Below, one piece after another: positions 10,348 through 19,447 of a stretch of DNA of 20,876 nt; positions within the stretch are counted from its first letter, which is position 1; each line of letters opens with the position of its first letter. The DNA is taken from NCBI GenBank assembly GCA_002269645.1, contig NIVC01005216.1, positions 1-20,876 on the forward strand, in the 5' to 3' direction. This stretch comes from Macrostomum lignano. Its lineage: Eukaryota. The position numbers were made by a program, and so were the translations under genes. The notes beneath the pieces were generated by a model. The model saw only the letters and a program-made list of their open reading frames with translations, did not search any database and had not been told where the DNA came from.

Positions 10348-13300
10348 CTAAACCCAATATCCACCTCCTAAACCTAATCTCCAATGCCCGAACGGTAGAC
10401 TGTTGATATTGTCATCAAAAATGAATCTCTTGTTATCTGCACCTGACAGTCCAATCTTCTTTTGCTGAATTGTGTGAATAATATGGTTTTTAGATTGTAG
10501 CTTTGAGAACTCATGTGATGTCTTTTTGTTGCAATTCAAGGCGTCTCTGTATTCAGCTTCATTAATTTCCTTCCTAACCACACGTTTCGGAATTCCCTTT
10601 GATTTTTTAATTGGGTCTGACGACTCACATTTTACAAAATAGGACTTTGCTCTCAACCCAATGAATTCAGTGATTATGTCACCAGCAATCTCGTCCTTCA
10701 TTTTCCCAATCACTTTCTTGTTAGTGGCGTCAAACACTTGATCGCCATTCTGTGTCCTGCAAGATTCATCATACTCAGACAAGTCAAACAAATCTTTTTG
10801 CTGCAGCATGTCCTGATAAATGTCTTCTGTTTGAATGTCCATAATAAAACTGTCTGTGTCAGTGTACAAGAGTTTCATTTTATCCTTGTACTGCTGCTTC
10901 ATGCCATAGAAGAACTGGTACATCAGACGTTTTGATTCGTCGAGAACAGTGACACCTGTATAGATCGGCTTGCGCAGCGTCACCTTGGTTTTGTAAAATA
11001 TGATCACACCTAAGTAGCTATTAAAGATATGGAGTTCTTTGAATGTTGGCTTTGACATATTTGCCTGAATAACAGCAGGCTCTGATGAGGTAACAAGTTT
11101 CAGGTTTGTTCTTTTCCGCTCATTCTCAAGAGTCTTGCCATAGACAGAGTTGTTGGCCAACTTAAAGAGGTTCTTGTCAAAGTCGTTGGTTGCTTTGGTC
11201 CTAAACTGGGTGTTCTTATCAATGTAGGGTTTCATCCACGCTTCCTCTGTAAATGTAAGAGCCCTGTGAACTTTGGTGACCCTGCAACCAAGTGAGATAA
11301 AATACTGAAGCAGTTTGTAATGGATTTTGTAACGTGTCTTGTTGTTTAGATTCTGTGTTAGTTTCTCTGTATGTTCTTTTTCTGTTCCTGACAGGTGCCA
11401 AGTTCCATTATTATCATTGGGAGTTTCGATTATTTTCGGGCACTTGATGTTCTCTGGGAAGGGTGGAAAGTCAGAGAAATAGTCGTGAAGCTCTGGTGGA
11501 ATGTAAACATCAACCTCATAAATGGCAGCCAATGAAAAGTCCCATTTGAATTCTGATGAGGGTAGCCATCGAAAATCTCTAACTGGAAGATCTTGACTCA
11601 TCGCCCACCCGTAGAGATTATTAGCGTCCAAGTAAGTAATGTAGTTTGAGGGCTGCTCCTTATTGTAAGATTCAATGTAGGGATTGTTTGCTTTTGCATA
11701 CCTGTTAACGCAAATTGAGATCCCCCTCGCTTTGACGATTCGACAAAATTGTACATGTCAATGTCTGTAAGAAGTTCAATGTACCAATCTGGATCTTGAT
11801 CCCATTTCATTTTAAGCAAAGATTCCCAGCTAGTGGCAGGCAGAGACACATAATGTGCTGGATCGAGGCCATATGCTGTGTACCAGGTGTATCTGAAGGT
11901 TTCAAACACATCGGCCAGCAGAAACACATCTGTGAAGAGGTAAAGCAGGTGATACTGGAAGAAGTTTTGACAATTAAAGTAATTATAGACATGCTTCGCG
12001 TGCTCATAGTCTTTGTCAGAGATTCCAGAGTCTGTTAGCTTTGAAAAGAACTTCTCCTGTGGTGGTAAACCTTCTTCAAATACGTGATACCCAGTAATAT
12101 TTTCATAGGGGTAGAAGCCTTTCTTTCTTAAGTTTAAATGATTCATCACTGTTGTTAATTTTACTTGCAAACATCTTTGTATATGTACATTGTTCATCTT
12201 TTAGATTCTTGCTTAGTTCGTCTAGACTGGCAGCTAGAAATTGATATGAATCCTTCAGTCTTATTTTACCTGTACCCGAATTATCCTGTTTAATATCAAC
12301 ACACTTAAACTTCTCCTTGTTCTCTGCGATGCAATCAAGGTGTATGTCTGGAATCATGCCGATTTTTTCAACTATTAAATGCATGTCATAGTTCTTTGCG
12401 TTGTGACAAAATATCGTTAGATCATGAATGTTCGATTTTAGCTTTAGATTACAGGTGTTATGCGCTGCACCTCTAAATTTCCCAGTAAAGTGGCAGTGGT
12501 CCCTAACGGTGGGGTTTTTAATATTAGTGCAAGTTAAATGTTTCCTGCAGATGTGGCAATGAGTTGCTGATAGGAAATTGCTTTCATCCTCCTCAGTCAT
12601 CATTATTGGAACAGGTTGAAGGGTGCTAATCACTTTTTGCAACTCTAACATTCTGGCAATAAACTGCTCCACACACTGCTCTCCAAAGAAATAATTATAC
12701 TCAACAAGTCCTTTTGTATTAATAAAGGCATATGCTACTGAATTGGGGACATGTTTTTGAGTTTGAGTTTGAGTTTTTGAGTTTTTGGCACGATTGAGCA
12801 TTCGAAATCAGCATATACAACAAATGGGAGCTTCTCCATCTTGTGATAGTTCTTAAACCGGAGATACTTCTCTTCAGCTGAAGGAAGAGAGCAGTTTGTC
12901 GGGTGATCCTCGCATGATAATTCATGCTCTGTAGTTTTTCAAAGCGTTCAGGTCCACTGTAATGCTTAAGGCACAAGCGGCAGATGGCAACAGCCTCGTG
13001 ATGATTATTCAACTGCTTGTGAATGAGTCTTGAAAGATCTTTAATCCAAACATAGTGAGCCTCCTCTAGTAAATTACCAATCACTAGAAGATCCACTTCA
13101 GTCCGCCTTTTCCCCTCAGGATCTAAAACGTCTTTGCTACATCTGACCGGTTGAACTTTCTCAGTTTTTTCACTCCACTCAAAGACTGTGATTCTAATTT
13201 TGTTATTAAACACTTCTTCTAGCTTTGGGATCTGAGAGATCGCCAAGCCTCCTTTGTCAAACCTGATTCCCTTCTTTTCGCATTCGATGAGATAGTAGTT

Positions 13301-14185
13301 GAAATAATTTTGATAATTTGAGGTTCTTTCGGGGTGGTGAGGGACACTAAAAAGTGCAGAAAGAACTGCCCATAGAGCACAGCAATTGTCTTTATTTTTA
13401 ACATTTATGCAAGCTTTTTTGCCGGCTAGCTTATGCGGGAGCTCTATATAAGAGGAGGCTTTAAGTGGGTCATATTTCATGACCATGACAGTCGCTCTTT
13501 GAATCCCTCCCACGACCCATCCGGAACCTCTGGATGTAAACGCTTCAATTTTCTTAGTGACATCTTGAAGGAAAGGATCCAGTGTGTCTGTAGGGGTGAA
13601 TGGCTTTGCCTTTGTTGTCATGTAATACTCGAGATGCTCAGTGGGTTTTGCAGGCATATAAAACGCAATCTTGAATGATATCTGTAGTTTAAAGGTCTTG
13701 CGTGTTTTGAGTGTGTGATCAACAACTGATTGGATGCTGTCTTTATAGTCGTAGATGTTTGCGGTGGTACCGTTGGTGTAATTGGGATTGTGTACTCTAT
13801 GTAATGTTCTGTAAACTTCCTCTGTGCAAAATTAATCTCTTCAATGGCAAGCTCCGACTCTTTTAAATGGATTAATTGCTCTAATTTCTCTTGTTCCTGC
13901 TTATTTTGTGGGTACTTTGCTTTTTCACCAGTGAGAGTTTCGTATTTGTTAACTAAGTTGCGACTCCTCTCTTGGTGTTCCTTTGCAGGATTTTTTATAG
14001 GCGCATACTGGTTGGATTCTAATTGATTGATGATTTCCAACTGTTTTTCATAGCTTCCCAGGTGACCAGGGTCGGTGTTAACTTTTGTTTGCATGCTTCT
14101 CTTAGTAATTACTTTTGTCTTGAAATGAGACGCCTTTTGAAAAATATTTGTTGACTAAATCTTTTGCTGGATTAGCTTTTGGCAT
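10348..14185 (-). CDS. pPolB: Protein-primed family B DNA polymerase, ~1280 aa after repairing 7 indel sites
   Basis: Exo motifs YADFE, HNAKNYD, YLFTDV. Pol motifs DANNLYGWAM, KLANNSVYGK, YTDTDS. KGFYPYE and an EndoVII-like Zn finger (CHIC...RDHCH...AHNTCN). Start 14185 is inferred; 14094 is the ORF-track start. Confidence 0.96.
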
Positions 14186-14307
14186 TTTTTTCTAAAAATA
14201 AAAAAAATTTTGAGGGTGACCACCCTGATAGAAAAGTTGAACTGTTTCTACATCCTATAAGTAGCGTTAGGTTTATGAAGCTGGATAAAGTGGGGTTTTA
14301 AACCTCA

Positions 14308-14752
14308 TCACATCCGCATTATTGTAAACCCAGCATTGTGCAGTGTCATGATGGCTTTGACAATGTCAGACTTGCTTACAGAATTTTCATGCTCACAATC
14401 ATCACGATCGGGCAGCCCTCTCCTGCCTTAATTGTTATACCTTTGTCTCTTGCAATCTTTTGCAATTCTAGCTGGTGGGCTCTATCATTCCCAGCTTTAA
14501 CAGCAGTTGCTACACCTCCAGCTACACCACCTGCGGCACTTACAGCGCCTGCAATGATCGGAATAAGAGCTGCTAATGGTAGGATTCCTCCTGACTTTTC
14601 ATCTGTGATGCTGTGTCTTTGCTCATTACACTGAACTATTTGCTGCGTGGATCGATTTTTACTTTGGCACCTTTAATTGATATAAGACCTGGTTTCTTTG
14701 ATTCAATGATTTTATTGAGTTTATTGATGGTTCTGGTTTCAATCTTTGTCAT
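14308..14752 (-). CDS. Adenovirus protein X (mu precursor)-like virion protein, ~148 aa after 2 repairs
   Basis: EKSGG|ILPLAALIPIIAGAVSAAGGVAGGVATAV closely resembles the adenovirus pX C-terminal MRGG|ILPLLIPLIAAAIGA. ataaaaaATG start. Missed by the ORF track. Confidence 0.8.
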
Positions 14753-14768
14753 TTTTTATTTTAATATT

Positions 14769-15787
14769 TTAATTAATTTCTGTGTCAGCTGGTATCACTA
14801 GGAGTTCAGCTCTAGTGAATGACCGCGTGGGGGATTTAGGGTTAAAGGCTGAGATAAAAAGTAATAGTCACCGAGTCGGAGGTAAAATGTCTGTCTATTT
14901 TATGTACATCAAGGCTGAAGTATGGATCTGTAGCTCTTCTTTTGGTGTCTTCTCTAGCTCTCCAGGTAGATATAAAAAGCGTAGAAACTCAGAGTTTGTC
15001 AGTATGTATGGTGATTCAACTCCTGGAAGCTTAGGGTAGTTCGAGGTGTGTTTTGTGTTGTGTGTGTTGTGTGGGGTTGTCGTGTTGTTGTCTGTTCTAT
15101 GAGATGCCTTAAGTTCGACAGTGTCTTGTTTAATTGCATGGGACGGTTTCAATCCAGTCATGCGTGTGACTTCATTGTTCAGTTGCTCTATAACAGTGGG
15201 GAGTCTTTCTGTCCACTTGGTATAGTACTGCCCGCACTCAGTTTGAGTTCTTGCGCTGTCTGCTTAGTGAATAGCCTCTTGGCTAGAGTTAGATTGAATC
15301 TTTCCACAAAAGCCTGGTCTCTGTGCAAGTTTGTTCTGCCATAGCGAATCTCTGTATTTTTCTTTTCCATAAGGGATTTCACTGCACCCATGAATTCCTT
15401 ACCCGGGTCGGTCATAAAGATTTCGGAGAGTTTTTATAAATATCTTGCAGTGCGCTGGCAACAACCTCTGACTTCTTCGTCTTGAGTGGGCGAGCTTCCT
15501 TATATCTGGAAGCAATGTCTGTAATTGTAGAGCATACTTGTAGCCTGAGTCATTGGGGAGAAACAAAAGATCTGCTTGGTGCGCTCATTAGGTTTATAAA
15601 TACTGAAATGGGGCCTTTCAAATTTTACTGGTGGGAAATAGACTTGAAAGACAGCCTGCTTAGAGAGCCATTTTTCTACTGTAGCTTTTGGTTCCTTACT
15701 CAGCTCCATGAGTTTACTAACGGCATTTTTGCCTACAAAGAATCCTTTGTCGCTGTAGTAGAGTTTTTTAAGTTTCTGATCTGTCAT
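14769..15787 (-). CDS. INT: Retroviral-like (rve) DDE integrase, about 6 apparent indels
   Basis: LKKLYYS, HQADLLFL (D), MTDPGKEF (D), QAFVERFNLTL (E), KRRATDPYFS, and C-terminal RSFTRAELLVIP. Confidence 0.92.
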
Positions 15788-15817
15788 TTATTTAAAAAGA
15801 AAATTTTAAATAAAATA

Positions 15818-16258
15818 ATGCAACGCTCTGGTGGTAAAATAGATTCACATGGACTGATAGAAAAGCTTCCTCATCCAAACAAAGGCTGGACACTTCCCGG
15901 CTATAAATATTGCGGGCCTTTGAATCCACTTGAAATACAGCTGGATGGAAAAACAACCAAATCCTGGGCATGAGCCTGTGAACGAGCTAGACTCTGTCTG
16001 CATGTGGCACGACGTTAAATATAGAGATTTTCCTGAGGAGAAGAATCGCTGGGACAAAGAAATGCTTAGGAGACTCGACAATATGGGGATTTCAAGCGGA
16101 TTTCGTGAGTCGATTGCTAGGAAATTAGTCAAGGCGTTATTTTTAGTAAGGCAAAGTTGGGATTAGGAATGGCGCTGAGGGTGGGTGCACGGGAGAGAGG
16201 GCGGACGCACTTTATTTTGTGTGCTCCAAACAATGAATTAGAAGACTGGGGCTGTTGA
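15818..16258 (+). CDS. Parvovirus VP1u-type phospholipase A2
   Basis: Ca-loop LPGYKYCGP, PVNELDSVCMWHDVKY (HD catalytic), WDKEML, VKAKLGLG after repair. Without the second repair it ends at 16166. Confidence 0.88.
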
Positions 16259-16598
16259 GAGAGGCGCTTGAGTCGGGAAAGATTATTCGCAGCCAAGCGC
16301 AACAGCTGCATTTCGAAAAGGGGTGGGGTAACTGCTATTTGCTGAGGGAGCGCAGCTTTTGCGAATGTACAAGTTCCACGCGTGCTTTCCTTTCCTTTCC
16401 TTTCTTTCCTTTGTATTGCGCACGCCAAATAACGAATTAGAAAGACTGCTGAACAGTTTACATTGATAAACAACTGAAAGACTGAAGCGACAGATTATAG
16501 TCGCTATATAGTTTATTAGTTTATTATAGTTTTTCATGTGGTAAGCAACGTGGCAACAACAGAGCATGCAGCAGAAGACAGAATGCCTATCTTAGGTA

Positions 16599-16904
16599 AA
16601 AATAATAATAATTGATTACACCTGCCCAATGGGCAGATGTGCAACCGACAGCTCAGCCGCAGCTATTGCGCGGCGCATCTGAAGGCTGCGTGCGGCTGTT
16701 CAGTCCAAGGACTGGGGGTCGCCACACACACCCTCAATTACTCCAGCTAATGCTGGTACCCATTTTACAGCTGGGTGAACTGAAGCAATGCGGAGTAAAG
16801 TGCCTTGCTCAAAGACACAGATTGTTGCAGGGGGATCGGGAATCGAACCCCCAACCTTCATTTAAGTCGTGAGTCCGACGCCCTAACCACTAGGCTACAA
16901 CCCC
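16599..16904 (-). mobile_element. tRNA-derived SINE with a CORE-like central domain, inserted inside the Polinton
   Basis: A box TAGCCTAGTGG (16897-16887), B box GGTTCGATTCC (16849-16839), then GTGTCTTTGAGCAAGGCACTT...CCCAGCTGTAAAATGGG (MIR/CORE-like) and an (ATT)n tail at ~16600-16613. No TSD found. Confidence 0.82.
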
Positions 16905-17046
16905 GTATGTGCAGGGTCTAAACTATGCAACAATATAAAAGGTTTCTGGGTGAGCGCCTGCTTTTTCTCCCCAGTCCCACCACACTGAACACCCCGCCCA
17001 GTTCTGCCTGTCTCTTTTTTTCTAGCCTCCGCAACTAGTCAAACAG

Positions 17047-18563
17047 CCACCTCAGAAAATGAAACCGCTGGTTTCAAATTTTGAGGTGGGTGATCCTCTA
17101 AAGACGCTTGTGTCTTTCTTTTTCTAGCCTCCCAACCCCCCAGAGAGGGTCGGGGGGTCTGGGTAGACCAACTCTCAGGCCAGCCCTTCTCTCACCCGTC
17201 TTGCCCCACCGCCTCTCATTCCAAGCCTGTCCTCTGGGTGCCTCTCTTCGCAACTAGCTCTCTCTAAGCCTCCTAGTCAAACAGCCACCTCAGAAAATGA
17301 AACCGCTGGTTTCAAATTTTGAGGTGGGTGATCTGAGTTCTGCACTGCTTCTCTAGCCTCCGCAACTAGCTCTACGCTCTCCCGAGCTCATTCTATTTTT
17401 AGTCAAACATAACACTAGCGATCTCGCGCTGGGGGTAGAGGGGCGCCTGGGAATTTTGAGTCTCCCGTTGTACTGAAATCTCCTTCCCTTGAGCTCCTCT
17501 CCCTTTCCCTTCCCCAGCAGTCCGTGCCAGAGCATTGGGCTCTCTTTGCACAGGGGCGCCACCTCAGAAAATGAAACCGCTGGTTTCAAATTTTGAGGTG
17601 GGTCTACACTGCTGCGCTATCCAGTTCTCACCCGCCCTGCCACTCACTGCATGCAGTCCGCGCATTCCGCCACAAGTCCCCCTTCTCTCTCACCCACCCT
17701 CCCTCTGCAATTCACTTCTGTGCAGTGCAGCGCCAAAGCCAAAAGAGAATTGCAGAGGGTTGAGGGTTGATCCGGGCGGGAGGGGGTCTTTCTTTTTCTA
17801 GCCTCCACAACTAGCCGCTCCGTTTTCTTCTGCGCTCTCCCGAGCTTAGTCAAACAGCCACCTCAGAAAATGAAACCGCTGGTTTCAAATTTTGAGGTGG
17901 GTCTACACTGCTGCGCTATCCAGTTCTCACCCGCCCTGCCACTCACTGCATGCAGTCCGCGCATTCCGCCACAAGTCCCCCTTCTCTCTCCACCCACCCT
18001 CCCTCTGCAATTCACTTCTGTGCAGTGCAGCGCCAAAGCCAAAAGAGAATTGCAGAGGGTTGAGGGTTGATCCGGGCGGGAGGGGTCTTTCTTTTTCTAG
18101 CCTCCACAACTAGCCGCTCCGTTTTCTTCTGCGCTCTCCCGAGCTTAGTCAAACAGCCACCTCAGAAAATGAAACCACTGGTTTCAAATTTTGAGGTGGG
18201 TGATCTCTTCTATGCTCTCCCAACGCATGGTATGGGTTTTATTTTTAGAACTTACGTCTACACTCTACAAGGTACAACCTTCTGGTGATCCCTCCGTTTT
18301 CTTCTACGCTCTCCTAGTCAAACAGCCACCTCAGAAAATGAAACCGTTGGTTTCAAATTTTGAGGTGGGTGATCTGAGTTCTGCACTGCTTCCAGCAGAA
18401 ACATTTTTCTACACTGTCCCAAGCAAATTTGCTATTTTAATCAGACACCCACCTCAGAAAATGAAACCAGTGGTTTCAAAATTTGAGGTGGGCAATCAAA
18501 ATGGCATACTTGTTAAACAACCACCCCAGAAAATGAAACCAGTGGTTTCAAAATTTGAGGTTG
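17047..18563 (+). repeat. Array of 8 imperfect 43-bp palindromes CCACCTCAGAAAATGAAACC-NNN-GGTTTCAAATTTTGAGGTGG with variable spacers
   Basis: Copies start at 17047, 17285, 17559, 17858, 18157, 18326, 18449 and 18521. 17 of 20 stem positions are Watson-Crick. Confidence 0.95.
17559..18156 (+). repeat. Near-perfect 299-bp tandem duplication within the array
   Basis: 17559-17857 and 17858-18156 differ, as far as I can see, only by a +C and a -G in homopolymers. Confidence 0.92.
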
Positions 18564-18616
18564 GTGTCAATATTAGTAATAAAAAACTATCCAAGGATAA
18601 CTTGCTATTATTATAG
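18191..18616 (+). CDS. Possible 3' part of a repeat protein with VKQPPQKMKP(L/V)VS(N/K)FEVG units
   Basis: Open frame holding 3 repeat copies in phase (spacings 123 and 72 nt), with mostly synonymous repeat variation. It stops 43 nt from the convergent gene's stop. True start unknown. Confidence 0.4.
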   Translation: MRWVISSMLSQRMVWVLFLELTSTLYKVQPSGDPSVFFYALLVKQPPQKMKPLVSNFEVGDLSSALLPAETFFYTVPSKFAILIRHPPQKMKPVVSKFEVGNQNGILVKQPPQKMKPVVSKFEVGVNISNKKLSKDNLLLL

Positions 18617-18659
18617 CTTCATGAGTTGCTAAATAAACAATACATTGCTAATTTAAAAG

Positions 18660-19283
18660 TCAAAACAACAAGCCTTCGTCCACTTCCTGTTGCAGCATCG
18701 CAAGGGCCTCTGGCAAGTATGCAATCATCGACTTCAGCTTGTGCAGGGACATTGCAGATCTTTGTAGCACCGGATATTTCTCAGCTTGGTCAGCCAATTT
18801 CATCAGAAAGTTGGTCCACTGGCTGGTGAACGGTGCACGTCTTTTCAGCTCGTTGAACTGTTCCTTACTGAGAACCCGCTCCATTCTCAGAAAGATCCTG
18901 CCGAGCTGTAGGCCGTTTGCAAAGCCATGCTTACCATGCCGTTCAACTAGCTTATGAAGGTTGGCAATCTGTACAAGCACTGCGTCGATCGTAAATGTTC
19001 CCTGCGTAAATTCTTCTAGAGAATGCACTGGCACAGGCTCACTGTTGGTTTTGTAGGCCGTGCGCAACTCGTCCAGAGCCTTGCCGATTTGTAATTGCTT
19101 GTCGGTAGTTTTCGCTAGCCGTCCATTGATAGTTGGCTTCACGATTGGTGACCGAGCAATTGCATTGTATTTATCGGCCCAAACATTCCAGTTGTCGAGA
19201 TCTTTACTATAAAATACAGCCTTTATGAAGTTATCCAGATTTTGGATGTAAACGTTGTTGCCTGCTTGCATTTCTTCATCCAT
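18660..19283 (-). CDS. Hypothetical protein (207 aa), mostly helical, possible DNA-binding regulator
   Basis: Intact ORF, GCCATGG Kozak context, TATA and HSE upstream. GLQLGRIFLRME...F..L...FTSQWTNFLMKLA is loosely DUF3102-like by eye only. Confidence 0.8.
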   Translation of the reverse strand: MDEEMQAGNNVYIQNLDNFIKAVFYSKDLDNWNVWADKYNAIARSPIVKPTINGRLAKTTDKQLQIGKALDELRTAYKTNSEPVPVHSLEEFTQGTFTIDAVLVQIANLHKLVERHGKHGFANGLQLGRIFLRMERVLSKEQFNELKRRAPFTSQWTNFLMKLADQAEKYPVLQRSAMSLHKLKSMIAYLPEALAMLQQEVDEGLLF

Positions 19284-19400
19284 GGCAAGATCCAGAGATT
19301 AAGCTAGTCAAAAATAAGAAGTTGCTGGCTCAGCGAGTTGAGGCGGGGCGAGGCGAGGCGGAGCAGGCTGGGTGAGGCGAGGGGCGATGTGAATCGGCTG

Positions 19401-19408
19401 TATATATA
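19401..19408 (-). promoter_or_regulatory. TATA box (TATATATA) for the 207-aa gene
   Basis: Isolated TATA run in a GC-rich context, ~118 nt upstream of ATG 19283 and 40 nt downstream of the HSE. The sequence is symmetric, so direction is inferred from context. Confidence 0.6.
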
Positions 19409-19447
19409 CCATTGGTGTGGGCTCGGGAATCCACGGATTCTCTTTTT

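Noticed and set aside
5078-15973. Antisense or overlapping track ORFs (5078-5620, 5696-6028, 8516-8782, 11796-12038, 14338-14634, 15048-15344, 15482-15973 and similar)
   Set aside because: They lie opposite well-supported genes and have no recognisable motifs; shadow ORFs.
16830-16904. Functional tRNA gene
   Set aside because: A and B boxes are present, but the sequence continues into a CORE-like domain and an (ATT)n tail, and I could not build a clean acceptor stem. It is a SINE head.
17047-18563. CRISPR array
   Set aside because: Spacers are 29-256 nt, share modules with each other and include a 299-bp duplication. There are no cas genes and the context is eukaryotic.
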